DNA from: an uncultured Ruficoccus sp.
Lineage (GTDB): Bacteria > Verrucomicrobiota > Verrucomicrobiia > Opitutales > Cerasicoccaceae
Assembly (NCBI GenBank): GCA_965140785.1
Contig: OZ223481.1
Location: forward strand, 192,001-256,000
Length of the DNA stretch: 64,000 nt
Reading direction: 5' to 3'
Part shown: one piece after another, positions 51,936 through 62,439 of the stretch
Layout of the letters: the number at the start of each line of letters is the position of its first letter
Position numbering within the stretch: the first letter of the stretch is position 1
Notes under the pieces: generated by a model
The model's input: only the letters and a program-made list of their open reading frames with translations
Database searches by the model: none
What the model was told of the DNA's origin: nothing
Position numbers and translations under genes: made by a program

Positions 51936-52894
51936 CCTTTGTGTCCTTCGTGTCTGGTTTGTGTATGTGATGAGGACCGATTATGGCCCCGCCGCCGCTC
52001 CAACTCCGCGATCAGCGCGCGAGCCGAAAAGTCCCGTACCGTGAGGGCGGCGATGCGGGCTCCGGCCTCCATGGCGGCGCGGAGGGCCTCTGCGTCACGC
52101 GTGCCCGAGGTGGCGAGGGTGGCCATGAGCGCCCCGACGAAGCTGTCCCCGGCCCCGGTGGGATCGACCGGATTTTCGACCAATTGGGCGGGCACGTGCC
52201 AGTCTTTACCCGGCGCGAAGCCCAGCGAGCCGCGCGAGCCGAGCTTGACCACGGCGAGGGCCGGCCCGAGCTCCAGCAGCGCCCGTCCAGCCTGGTGCGG
52301 ATCGCTCTCGCCGGTGAGCGAGGCGGCCTCCTCGTCGTTGATGACAAGGAGAGTGACCCGCCGTATCATGCTCAAAAGCTCTTCCCGGCGCTCGCGGATC
52401 CAGAAATCGATCGTGTCGAGCGCGACGAAGGGCTCCCCCTCCATCTGATCGAGCACGCGCCGCTGGAAGTCCGGGCGCATGTTGGCCAGTAGCACATAGG
52501 GGCAGCGCCGCTCGCCTTCGCTCAGGTGCGGGCGAAACGACTCCTCGACGTTCGGGTGCAGCTCCAGGGTTTTGCGCTTGTCCGGGTCGCTGTGGTAGCG
52601 GCATTTCCACGCAAAGGTCTTCTCGTTCGCGATGACCGCCATGCCGCCGGTGTCCACACCGAGCCGCTCCAGCCGGTCACGCTCGGCCAGCGGGAAGTCC
52701 CCGCCAACCGCACCGAATAGATGCGGGCGCACAAAGAACGCCGCCGCCAGCGCCGCGAACCAGCCCGAGCCGCCGATCTCGCGCCGCTCCGTGCCGTCGG
52801 GCATGACAAGCGTGTCCAGCCCGAGCCCGCCGGTGACCAGCAGGGGCGGAACGGTGGGGGTGTCGGCTTTCATGGCGCGGGAGATGCTTTTCAT
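51929..52894 (-). CDS. PfkB-family carbohydrate kinase (start uncertain, 52873 or 52894)
   Basis: IGGSG, GAVGGDF, INDEEA, VKLGSRG, DPTGAGDSF. Confidence 0.9.
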   Translation of the reverse strand: MKSISRAMKADTPTVPPLLVTGGLGLDTLVMPDGTERREIGGSGWFAALAAAFFVRPHLFGAVGGDFPLAERDRLERLGVDTGGMAVIANEKTFAWKCRYHSDPDKRKTLELHPNVEESFRPHLSEGERRCPYVLLANMRPDFQRRVLDQMEGEPFVALDTIDFWIRERREELLSMIRRVTLLVINDEEAASLTGESDPHQAGRALLELGPALAVVKLGSRGSLGFAPGKDWHVPAQLVENPVDPTGAGDSFVGALMATLATSGTRDAEALRAAMEAGARIAALTVRDFSARALIAELERRRGHNRSSSHTQTRHEGHKGC

Positions 52895-52954
52895 GGATAA
52901 ACGAATCGCCCCCACACGGTCAGGTCAACCGGAAGGGGTTTCCCGGCACCCCGC

Positions 52955-53941
52955 TCAGTCCTGGAGCAGCTTCTTGATCTCGGGCCAGCGCTCGTGTGGG
53001 ATGGCCGCGCCCATGACCTGGACGATCTCCGCGCCCATGACCGAGCCGTAATGGCCGCAGGTGCCGAGCGGCTTGCCGCGCAGCCAGCCGTAGAGGAAGC
53101 CCGCTGCCCACAGGTCGCCCGCGCCGGTGGTATCCACCGGTTGGTTGACCAGAACGGGGGCGACTTTTTCCAGCTGGTCGCCCTGCTGCACGAGGGAGCC
53201 AGCCTTGCCGAGCTTGACCACGGCTACGTCGCACATACCGGCCAGGTCGGCGGCCATCTTCTCGTAATCCTTCGAGTCGAACAGCGCCCCGGCCTCTTCT
53301 TCGTTGGCGAAGACCAGATCGACGTATTCGCTCAGGATGTCGGGCAGGATGTCCTTGGTCGCGCCGACCACCTCAAACGAGGCCAGGTCGATGCTGATCG
53401 TGCACCCGGCGGCCTTGGCCGAGTTGAGCACCTTGAACATCAGGTCGCGGTTGAAAAGAATGTAGCCCTCGATGTGCGCGTGACGGCAGTCGCGGAAATC
53501 CTCCGCGCTGATCTCGTCAGGCGAGAGCGTCATCGCGGCGCCCAGGTCGGTGCGCATGGTGCGTTCGGAGTCGGGCGTGACGAGGGAGAGGCAGCGCCCG
53601 TTGGGCACCTCACCCACCTTGAAGCGCGAGCCGTCGCCGCCGAGTTCGACGAAGCGGTCTTTGTAAAACTCACCGCCGGCGTCGTTGCCGATCTTGCCCA
53701 GGAAGGTGGTTGCCAGGCCCAGGTGAGCGACCGCCACAGCGGTGTTTCCGGAGGAGCCGCCGGGGGCTTCGATCATCGGTGACTCCACGTGAGCCATCAG
53801 GTCGCCGATAGTGGCGGCGTCAACCAGTTCCATCCCGCCCTTATCACCGGGGATGGCGGTCACGAAGGCTTCCGTGACTTGCGCGAGACTGTCTACGATC
53901 GGCGAGCCGACGCCGATCAGTTCGAATTTCTTTTCACTCAT
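52955..53941 (-). CDS. PfkB-family adenosine-kinase-like protein
   Basis: KGGMELVD, GGSSGNT, ERTMRTDLGA, FANEEEA, DTTGAGD. Confidence 0.92.
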   Translation of the reverse strand: MSEKKFELIGVGSPIVDSLAQVTEAFVTAIPGDKGGMELVDAATIGDLMAHVESPMIEAPGGSSGNTAVAVAHLGLATTFLGKIGNDAGGEFYKDRFVELGGDGSRFKVGEVPNGRCLSLVTPDSERTMRTDLGAAMTLSPDEISAEDFRDCRHAHIEGYILFNRDLMFKVLNSAKAAGCTISIDLASFEVVGATKDILPDILSEYVDLVFANEEEAGALFDSKDYEKMAADLAGMCDVAVVKLGKAGSLVQQGDQLEKVAPVLVNQPVDTTGAGDLWAAGFLYGWLRGKPLGTCGHYGSVMGAEIVQVMGAAIPHERWPEIKKLLQD

Positions 53942-53950
53942 AAAAATAGT

Positions 53951-54433
53951 TCAGGGGGTTGGTTTTACCGGCTCGACCGGAAGAATATACCGGCTCGGGA
54001 TCACATCCAGCAGATCGCTGAGACTGGATTTGCCTTTCATTCTCGTCCCTATCAGGGTCCAGCCCTCTGTCTGCTCAATGAATTGCAATTCGGTAAAAAT
54101 GTAGCCGTGCTCGAAAACCTGGAGGTACCCGACCAGCCGGATACGGTCGGTGAAGGTGAACTCGCCCGCCTCCACCGTCGCCGTGAGTTCCCCGAGCTTT
54201 TCGCGGGTTTCGACAAAGCCCGTGTAACCGTCCATGAACTTCAGAATGGAGGCTTCATCTTCAAAAAAAAGCCGTGCCGCCTCATGGACCTTTGTTTCTG
54301 CGCTAAGGGCCAGGAAGCGCTTACCGGCCTGTTGGGCCTCTTCCAGCGAGTCATAGTAAATCCGCTGGGCTGCCTCGGCCTGGACGAGCAGAGGGAGCAG
54401 CCCCAGCAGAAAGATGGCGATGCGTGCGGTCAT
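53951..54433 (-). CDS. Secreted hypothetical protein
   Basis: Signal peptide; tightly packed in a minus-strand run. Confidence 0.7.
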   Translation of the reverse strand: MTARIAIFLLGLLPLLVQAEAAQRIYYDSLEEAQQAGKRFLALSAETKVHEAARLFFEDEASILKFMDGYTGFVETREKLGELTATVEAGEFTFTDRIRLVGYLQVFEHGYIFTELQFIEQTEGWTLIGTRMKGKSSLSDLLDVIPSRYILPVEPVKPTP

Positions 54434-54451
54434 GGGTGAGGGTAAGGCGGG

Positions 54452-54835
54452 TTAGCCCGCTACACCAAAGGACGTCACAAGCAGGGGTTCGTCGTCAACC
54501 TCAATCGAGGCGGTGTAGTCGCCGGGCTGATCGAAATGCACGTTCTGCAGCTGGTTGATGATGTGGATGCGGTGCAGCGGGCTCTTCGACTCGAAGGGCC
54601 GCTCGACCGCCATGATCGGCTCCATGCCGGGCAGGCCCAGCGACAGGCTCAGGGTGTGCTGGCCCACGCTCACATCGGTCAGGCTGATGAACCAGACCAT
54701 CTGCGGATGCACAACCGGAAACTCCCGCGCCCGCAGGCTCGAGAACATGCCCAGCAGGTAGTGCTTGCCCGAGACCGGCTCGACATGCACGGCATCGCAG
54801 GTGGAGAAAATCAGCAATTGCGGTTTGGACTGCAT
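54452..54835 (-). CDS. Conserved hypothetical beta-sandwich protein
   Basis: CDAVHVEPVSGKHYLLGMF...FDQPGDY pattern. Confidence 0.8.
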   Translation of the reverse strand: MQSKPQLLIFSTCDAVHVEPVSGKHYLLGMFSSLRAREFPVVHPQMVWFISLTDVSVGQHTLSLSLGLPGMEPIMAVERPFESKSPLHRIHIINQLQNVHFDQPGDYTASIEVDDEPLLVTSFGVAG

Positions 54836-54981
54836 GGCGGGCGACCCTGACAGCGCCTCTCCCTCACCGCAACGCTGAAACCGGAGAGCTTCCGGCGCGG
54901 CTGATCTGCTCGGTAGGGAGAAGCTTGATCCAAGTCTGACCTTGGATGATCAAGCGCTGTGGGCCTCCATCGCCGCTAACT

Positions 54982-55050
54982 CCATGCCCCCGCCCCTGCG
55001 GGGGCATCCGTGATCCGCAGGATCACAGGTCCAGGACTTCGTCCTGGTGC
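54982..55050 (-). repeat. Three-hairpin element, family 2
   Basis: Aligns with 50005-50062 and encodes the last codons and stop of the ExbB-like gene. Confidence 0.7.
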
Positions 55051-55757
55051 TCGGCGAGGTCGTCGATCAGGTCGGTAGCGCACTGGACGGTAGCGATCAT
55101 GCGCGCGCTGAGGCGGTTTTTCATAATAAAGTACGCGACCATGGCCGGGATGCCGATAACCAGCCCCGTCGCCGTGGTGATGAGCGCCTCGCCAATGCTC
55201 CCGGCGAAAGCCTGCGGCTGGCCCATGCCGATGCGTTCCATGGTCTGGAACGCGCCGATCATCCCGCTGACCGTGCCGAGCAGGCCGATCATGGGAGCGG
55301 TCGCGGCGATCACGTTGAGGTAATTGATCCCCTGGCTGATGCTGTTCTCCTCGGCCTCCAGCGTTTCAACGAGCAGGGTCTCGACCTTGGGCTTGCCGGC
55401 GTCGGGCAGCTCGGGACGGGCCTTGCCGAGGGCCTTATTGAGCGAACGGCCCAGCACGGTGTCGCTGGTCTCCAGCGCCGCGCGGGCGGCGGGCACCTCG
55501 CGGGCACGCAGCCGGGCCGAGACCTCGGGCAACTGCCCCTCCGGGATGAAGCGCCGTCGCGCCGTCTCCCGCCAGGCGTAGAAGATGAAGAAAAACATCA
55601 GCAGCGAGCACGCCCCCAGCGGCCACATGGCCCAGCCCCCTTCGCGAATCAGCGCCCACAGGCTGTGGCCAGTCTCGGCGGCGGCGGGAGCGGCGTCCTG
55701 CGCATGCGCGGACAGTGTGCTGAGGGTGAGCAGGGCAATTACGGTCAGGCGGCGCAT
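55023..55757 (-). CDS. MotA/TolQ/ExbB proton-channel family protein
   Basis: GGWAMWPL, APMIGLLGTVSGMIGAF, IGEALITTATGLVIGIPA. Confidence 0.93.
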   Translation of the reverse strand: MRRLTVIALLTLSTLSAHAQDAAPAAAETGHSLWALIREGGWAMWPLGACSLLMFFFIFYAWRETARRRFIPEGQLPEVSARLRAREVPAARAALETSDTVLGRSLNKALGKARPELPDAGKPKVETLLVETLEAEENSISQGINYLNVIAATAPMIGLLGTVSGMIGAFQTMERIGMGQPQAFAGSIGEALITTATGLVIGIPAMVAYFIMKNRLSARMIATVQCATDLIDDLAEHQDEVLDL

Positions 55758-55776
55758 GGCTGATTGGGTTTAAAGT

Positions 55777-56711
55777 TTAATCCGTGTCCAGGGTCAAACC
55801 CTCTTCCGCGGCGGGGGCGGATTCGTCGGGGGGGGGGCGGCGAGCAGATTTTGATAAAAGTCCGCATAAGCTCCCAGCCCCTCGTCCTCGGGCCAGGCCA
55901 GGTGACGGGCGTTCATCTCCCGCGCCAGGGCGAGCATCTCGTCGGTGTCGTTGGCTCCGAGGGCGGCGAGAATGGCCCACCGCGTAGCAGTGCGGCAGGT
56001 ACTCCATCGGGTATTGGCTGGAGAAGGTCACCGGCTCCAGCGCGGTGGCGAGCGCCCCGGCGTAATCGCCCGCGTCGTAGTCCAGCCCGGGCCAGAATAT
56101 ACCAGCCCAGCGCGGAGTCTCCATAGCGGGGATTTTCGGCGATCCATGCCTGCGCGAGGCGCGCGGGTGTCGGCCTGCCAAGGGCAGCCGGTAATAGCCG
56201 AGCAGGATAAGGTCGTTTCAGTCGGCGGCGGTTGGCGGGTTCCTCGCTGTGGGCGAGCAGGGTCTTTGCCACGCCGACGGCCTGGTACGGGTCCCCGGCG
56301 GTGCGGGCCGCCTCGACCAGCTTGATAAAAAACGCCCGCTCGCCCTCCGGCAGAAAGTCCAGGTAGGCGGCCCGTTGGTGGTAAAGCGCATCGAGGATCG
56401 GAAGCGCTTCGCCGGGGTGTCCGGCCTCGATCAACTGCGTGGCGAGCAGCTTGTTTTCGCCGCCGGGGAAGTCGAGCCGCTCGACCTCTTCGGCGCTAAA
56501 GGTGTACTCCGCCTGCCCCCCGGCGCTGGGCCGGACGAAGATCAACTGCCCCTCACGCACGCCCTGCGCCCGGCCTTCATAGATCTGCCCGCTGCGCAGC
56601 ACGAGTACCTGCGGCCCGTCCAGGCTCTGCTCCAGCGAGGCTGGGTCGAACGCACGTGTTGGTAGCGCGAAGGCTAACCAAAGTGTGAGACTCAGCAGCC
56701 AGCGGCTTCAT
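55777..56711 (-). CDS. Exported TPR-like protein, heavily frameshifted
   Basis: Reconstructed start MK-RWLLSLTLWLAFALPTRA..VLRSGQIYEG; helical repeats split across frames. Confidence 0.65.
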
Positions 56712-59648
56712 AACGCGGCCCCCTCTTCGGTGGAGGTGTCGGTCGTTGGCGTCGGGGTTTTCGGCGGACAGCGTGGCCTCCAACTCCTGCCGTCGGGTGA
56801 GCGCTGGGGCGAACTCGGGCGTGTCGGCTAGTCGGAGTGTCGTCTGTCATTTCGACGAGGGTGCGCAGAGCCGCCCGTTCGTCCCCGATCTCCTGAAACG
56901 CCTGCGCGCTGTGCCAGTAGGCGCGGGCCAGCAGGTCCGGGTAAGCGCGGTAGAGCGTATAGACGCGCTGGTCGTAAGCGGTGGCGCGGCGGGGGTCGTC
57001 CTGGGCGGTGGCGAGTTCGGCCAGTAGGAGCAGGGCCTCGGCGTGGTCGCGTCCGTGGGCGGAACTTTGGGCGTATCAGGTTTTCCAATACACCGCTGGC
57101 CTCCTCCCGGCGATCCTGACAGCAAACAGCACCCGCGCATGCAGAAAGCGCAGCGCGGGGGAGCCTCGGCGTGAAACGGGGTTTCGGCCTCGAAACGTCG
57201 CAACCATTTTTCTGCCTGCTCGTCGTCACCTTTGTCTGCCGCCAGTTTGGCCAGTCCATAGAGGGCCTCTCCGTTGCGCGGGCTGCGCGGAAAGGTTTCC
57301 AGTTGGGTGAGAAAAATACTCCCGCGCGGAGGGAAAATGATGCTCGGCCAATACGCCGCCCAGTGTAGAGAATCCCTCGGCATCGAGCCGGTCCATCGGG
57401 ACCTGCTCCATTTGTTTCAAAGAGCACGGCGTCGGCCCGATCGGTGCGCCCCTCGCGGCGGTAAGCCTTGGCCAGGTAGAGCGCGAACCGGGAGGCGCGG
57501 GTCAGCTCGTCGCGCTTGAGAGCCTGCGCGCGCCGGGCTTCCAGCCAGTCGGTGAAAGAGTCAGCCTTCAGTAACTCAGCGGTGGCCGCGCTCGCGTGCT
57601 CGGCAGTGAACTGAAGCTCACCTTGCCGGGCGCGCTCGTAGAGGTTTTCGAGCGCTTGCAGGAGCGGGCCGGTTTCACCGGCCTGCGGGTCGTCCCCGAT
57701 TTGAGAGAGGACGAGTACGCCCATGAACTGCTCGAACGCTTTCTCGGGGGCTCCCTGCTGAAGCTGTGCCCAGCCGATCCAGTACAACGCCTCGGCCAGA
57801 CGGGGCGGCGGATCGGCCTCGGGCAAGCCGCTGGAAGCGTAAGCCTCGAGGTGCGCAATCAGGCTGTCATAGTTTTCCGATACACGGTAGATTTTACCGG
57901 TCTGGAAGACCGCGTACGGGTAGAGCGAGCCCGCCTCCGGCCCCACGCGGGCGAATTGCGCGGCGGCCGCGTCGAGCTCGCCCAGTCCCATCAGGGTGTC
58001 GCCGAGCAGCACGCGGGCGGCGGGCGCATGGGGGCTGTCCGGGTACTCATTTAGAAAATCTTCCAGCGCCTGCCGGGCTTGTGTGTAGTTGCGCATCGAA
58101 TACAAGGTGGCCGCCCGCCGGTAGGCCGTCTCCGGTTCCAGTTCTGTGCCTGCGACTTCGGGCAGGAGGGCGTCGAACTCCGCCAAGGCAGGCGGGTAGT
58201 TGTATTCAAAAAACCATGACAGCCCGCGCCAGAGCCGGGCACGCGGGGCGAGCGGATCGTCCGGGTAGGTCTCCACCAGAGCGGTGAAGTCCTCCCGCGC
58301 CCCGGCGTAGTCTTGGGCCAGTGCCTTTGCGTAGCCGCGACTAAAGCGCCAGCGCGGCTGCTGCGGGTGAGTGGGGTAGGCAGCGATGAGCCGGTCGAGC
58401 GCGGCGATGGCCTGGGCGTACTCGCCTTCGTTCTGAAGGGCGTTGGCGATGAGAAAGAGCGTGGCGGGGGCGAGCGGGTCGTTCGGGTAGTTTTTGAGAA
58501 AACTGTTGGCCCGCTCGAGCGCGAGCGGCCAGTCCTCGCGTGCCTGGGCGCAGAGAATCCAGCGGTAGTGGGCCTGGGTGCGAATGGTCGTCGGCGAGGG
58601 AGGTGTCCGCCGCCAGTTCGCCGTAGAGCAGCCCAGCCTCGCGGCTGCGTCCGCCGCGCAGGAAGGCTTCGCCGAGGCGCAGTTGCCAGGCGGGCGTGTA
58701 GTCCTCCATCGCACCAAGTTCGTCCAGTTCGGTGCGGACTTTTTCGATGATGCCACCGAAGTACTCTTCCCAGAAGGCGGCGTTCTGGATGCCGTCGGGG
58801 TTGAGGCGGGTGCGTTCGCGCCGGATCTGTTCCAGCTGGGCCAGGCGCTGGCGCTGGAGGTCGATCAGGAGGTGGCGGGGCGGGACGTTGCGGTAGGCGA
58901 GAACCGCGTCGGCATAGCGCCCTTCTGCGGCCAGGTAATTGCCCGCCCGCAGTCCGGCGAAGGCGAGGACGGCCAGCTCCGGCATGGTGGTGACGGCCCA
59001 GGGCTTTTCGAGTAAAATATCCGCTGCCCGTCGGTCGTCGCCGGCGGCTTGCGCTGCCTGGACGGCCCGCAGGCGGGCCTGGGCACGCAGAGTGGCCGGG
59101 ACGCGGGGCGAGGCGGCGAAGGCCAGCAGCTCTTCAATACCCTTGCCGGTCTGCCCGTCGCTGAAAGCCAGATCGGCCTCGCGCAGGACGCTCAGGAGCG
59201 CCTCTGGGCGCTCAGGGAAGCGTTCGCGGTAGCGCCGGTAGGCGTCGGCGGCGCGGGCGTTGTCCCCGAGTGACTGGCAGGCCTGAGCCAGCCCGAAGAG
59301 AACGAAGGGCGCCTGCGCGGTATCGTCGGGGTATTTTTCCAAAAAGCTCTCGTAGAGCTCGGCGGCGTGGGTGGGGTCGCCATTCATGCGGCAGGCGTGC
59401 GCCCAGACCGGGAGGAGTTGGTGCTCCAGTTCGCGGTAGGCCTCCTCCTCGCCGTAAGTCTGCGACAGATACGAAAAGCCCTCGTCGGCACGGGCATAGT
59501 CGGCCTGCTCAAAGGCAGTGACGGCCTCCTGAAGCGTGGCTTGCAGCCCCTGCTGGCGCGAGACCCACTCAGCCCGCAGCGTTCCGGGGACGATCAGTAC
59601 GCCGCCCAGGCAAAGGACGAAAAGCAGAGCTGTGCGCAGGCTTAACAC
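56708..59648 (-). CDS. Large exported TPR protein (BamD/YbgF-like repeats, ~980 aa), frameshifted
   Basis: Signal peptide; repeated FL..YP.(S/D)P.AP.A units in ORFs 58341..60299 and 56828..58756; 3' third fragmented, end approximate. Confidence 0.8.
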
Positions 59649-59743
59649 AACGTCTGGAGCCTTGTTGCTGCGTTCCCGTCCGGCAAGCGGAAACACGGCG
59701 GCGCCCATTTGCTTGCTGCGCCGGGGGGATCGTTTCTGACCTC

Positions 59744-60886
59744 TTACTGCGTGTAGGCGTAAACGAAAATATTGACGCCGAGCTGGGTGTAGAAGCTGTG
59801 GGCGTAGTCGCTGATCTCCTGGGTGTAGTAGTAGCGGAAGACGCGCCAGTCCCCGTCGGGTTCGTGGACCCAGGCGGGCATGGCTTCCTCCTGGGTAAAT
59901 ACCTGGTCCTTGCGCCCGTCCTCGCGGGTGACCTCGAAGCTCGTGCCCGTGTAGGCGGCCTGGGAGAGTCGCTCGTCCAGTCCCTCGGCCCCTTCGCGGA
60001 TGCGGAACCCGATGAAGGTCGTCCACTGGCCGAAGTCGTTCTTGCCCCAGCCCATGGCGAGGATGGGCATGGCCAGCACGGCCAGCCGCCCGTTGACGCT
60101 CAGGCCCATGGCCGCGTAGGTGCCCTGCGGCCACTTCTCGTTGACGACGAAGTCCCGCACCGTGTCGGGCAGGACGGCGGCATCCGGCAGGCCCGAGTAG
60201 TAGGCGCGAAACAGCGGGTGCGAGCGCGGCAAGGGGAGAAAGGCCTTGTCCGGGTAGATCGAGGCGAAGGCCTCCTCCAGCTCCGGGGTCACGCTCCACT
60301 CGGCGAAGCTGTGGAACTGGCCGACCTGGGCGCTGTCGCGCAGGAACGACGGGGTGATGCCCGCGTCGATGAAGATGAACCCGCCCCGGTCCAGGTAGGC
60401 GCGGAGGGCTTCCTTCTCGGCCTCGGAGAGCGTCCAGTCGCTGCGGTCGGCGTAGTTGACGTAAATAAACGGGTGCTCGAAAATGCGCGGATCGTCAAAG
60501 GTCTCGATGTAAACAGGGTCGGGGGCCAGCGGCAGGGTGGTTTTTTTGTTCAACTCGGCCAGCAGGGTGGTCAGCCCGTCGGGGTAGTTGCGGCGCAGGA
60601 TGTTGCCCTGCACGAGCTGGACGATCTGGATCGGGTCCGGGGCGCGCAGGTCGGCGGGAGCCGCAGACGGCTGGACGGATTCACGCGCGGCGGCGGCGGC
60701 TCTTTCCTGGGCGGAGGGGGGCGCGTCCTCTGGCGCGGCTACGGGGGGCGCAGCTTCCGGGGTGAGGGAGGGGATTCTCTCCGCTGCGGGGTTCGCGGGG
60801 GTGGCTTCCTGGGCGTACGCGCCCGCCGGGAGGAGGGTGAGGATGGCGGCGCTGGCCAGTACGGTGAACAGGCGGGCCGGGTTCAC
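59744..60886 (-). CDS. DUF4159-like exported protein
   Basis: HPFIYVN, LSEAEKEALRAYLDRGGFIFID, LPRSHPLF, LGVNIFVYA. Confidence 0.8.
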   Translation of the reverse strand: MNPARLFTVLASAAILTLLPAGAYAQEATPANPAAERIPSLTPEAAPPVAAPEDAPPSAQERAAAAARESVQPSAAPADLRAPDPIQIVQLVQGNILRRNYPDGLTTLLAELNKKTTLPLAPDPVYIETFDDPRIFEHPFIYVNYADRSDWTLSEAEKEALRAYLDRGGFIFIDAGITPSFLRDSAQVGQFHSFAEWSVTPELEEAFASIYPDKAFLPLPRSHPLFRAYYSGLPDAAVLPDTVRDFVVNEKWPQGTYAAMGLSVNGRLAVLAMPILAMGWGKNDFGQWTTFIGFRIREGAEGLDERLSQAAYTGTSFEVTREDGRKDQVFTQEEAMPAWVHEPDGDWRVFRYYYTQEISDYAHSFYTQLGVNIFVYAYTQ

Positions 60887-62439
60887 AGGGCCTCCTTGCG
60901 TTGGAAGGCGCCGGGGTCCTTCAGGTAAATGCGGATCACCGGCACGAGGGGCGAGTCCGGGTGGTCCTCGATGTAGCCGTGCAGGATTTGCGGGCCCTCG
61001 GGCATCGGGCTGCGCATGATCAGGTCGACGGCGTGGCGCTGGATGTAGATGTCCTCGTCGTTGAGCGAAGCGGTCAGGATGTCCTGCCAGCCGTCGAGGC
61101 GGCGCCGGACGATCTCGCGCAGGCTTTGCTGGCGGATGGCGGTCTGCTCATCCAGTAAGAGGTCGAGCAGGACGGGTTCGACGGCCTCGGACTTCATCGT
61201 GTTGGTCATATAAACCAATGTCAGGCGCACGTCCGGGTAGCGGCTGGTCACCATGGCCTCGAGCAGCTCGGGCTCGACCTCGCCGCCGCGGCGCTCGAAG
61301 TAGCGCAGGGTGACGGTGCGGACTTGCTCGGAGGGGTCGGCCAGGAACTGCTTCACCTGCTCGGGGTTGTCCGGGGCGAAGCCCATGTCGAAAAACAGGT
61401 CCACGGCCTCGCGGCGCAGGATCGGGTCGTCAAGCTGGGTGAGGGCGGCGAGGTGGGCGGGCACCTCATCGGGGTGGAACCGCAGCAACTGAATGAAGCG
61501 CATCGCCTGCTCCTGCTTGAGGCGGCCCTCCTGGAGGCGGGTGAAGAGCCTGTCAAAGGTGTCGTCCGTGCCCAGCGGGCGGAAGCGGCCCAGCAGGGCC
61601 TCGGCGGCGATTTCGTCGTCCTCGTCTTCGCTGAGGCGGCGCAGCAGCTCGAGCTGGCCGGGCGTGGGCTGCAGGCCCAGCTCGCGGGTCAGGCGGAGAC
61701 GCTCGGGGCGGTTGCCGTTTTCGATCCAGCGCAGGGCCTCGCGGTTAAAGGCGCGGGGTTCGGAGAAACGCGCGGCCAGGCCGACGGCTTCAAGCCGGAC
61801 CTGCGCGTCCTCGTCGTTCATGAGGGCGAGGAAGGTTTCACCGGGGACGGGCAGGTTGAGGTAAAAGTAGTTCGTCAACAGGTTGCGCCGGACGATGACG
61901 TCCTCGTCCAGATAGGCGTCCATCAGGATTTGCTGCACGTCGGGGGGCAGGTCGAGGGTGGTGCCGGGTCGCAGGAGCTCCATCGTGCGTCGGACGGTCA
62001 TCATCGGCTGGATGGCAGCCGAGGCGGTGCGGCGCAGCTCGACATCCTCGTCTCCGATCAGGCGCAGGACGGGGACCACGGCCTCCGGGGGGGCTGCGCG
62101 GTTCCACTCCATGATCGAGACCAGGGCGGCGCGGCGCACGCGCACGGAGGGGTCGTCGAGCGCTCGAATGACGGCTTGTCGGGCCTGGCGGTTCTCGTAC
62201 TTGCCCAAGAGCATGACGGCCCCGGCGCGGAATTCGCTGTTGCTGGACTGGAGGTCCTCCAGGGCGCGGTCGATGGTGGCCTGCTCCTCGGGGGTGAGCT
62301 TGGGCTCGGGCAGCAGGCTCGGCGGGAACAGGTTGCGCGGGATGTTCTGGCCGTTGCGCATCTGCGCCGATAGCGGCAGCGCGGCGGCGGCCAGGGCCGT
62401 CCCGATGAGGAGCATTTTTATGGAGATTCTTAAAAGCAT
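60883..62439 (-). CDS. Exported HEAT-repeat protein
   Basis: Repeated L.D....VR..A units; signal peptide; TGATG coupling to the upstream gene. Confidence 0.85.
   Translation of the reverse strand: MLLRISIKMLLIGTALAAAALPLSAQMRNGQNIPRNLFPPSLLPEPKLTPEEQATIDRALEDLQSSNSEFRAGAVMLLGKYENRQARQAVIRALDDPSVRVRRAALVSIMEWNRAAPPEAVVPVLRLIGDEDVELRRTASAAIQPMMTVRRTMELLRPGTTLDLPPDVQQILMDAYLDEDVIVRRNLLTNYFYLNLPVPGETFLALMNDEDAQVRLEAVGLAARFSEPRAFNREALRWIENGNRPERLRLTRELGLQPTPGQLELLRRLSEDEDDEIAAEALLGRFRPLGTDDTFDRLFTRLQEGRLKQEQAMRFIQLLRFHPDEVPAHLAALTQLDDPILRREAVDLFFDMGFAPDNPEQVKQFLADPSEQVRTVTLRYFERRGGEVEPELLEAMVTSRYPDVRLTLVYMTNTMKSEAVEPVLLDLLLDEQTAIRQQSLREIVRRRLDGWQDILTASLNDEDIYIQRHAVDLIMRSPMPEGPQILHGYIEDHPDSPLVPVIRIYLKDPGAFQRKEAL

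Noticed and set aside
55828..55837. G10 homopolymer as a phase-variation tract
   Set aside because: Near the 3' end of a gene in an error-rich patch and encodes a Pro run; cannot be separated from assembly noise.
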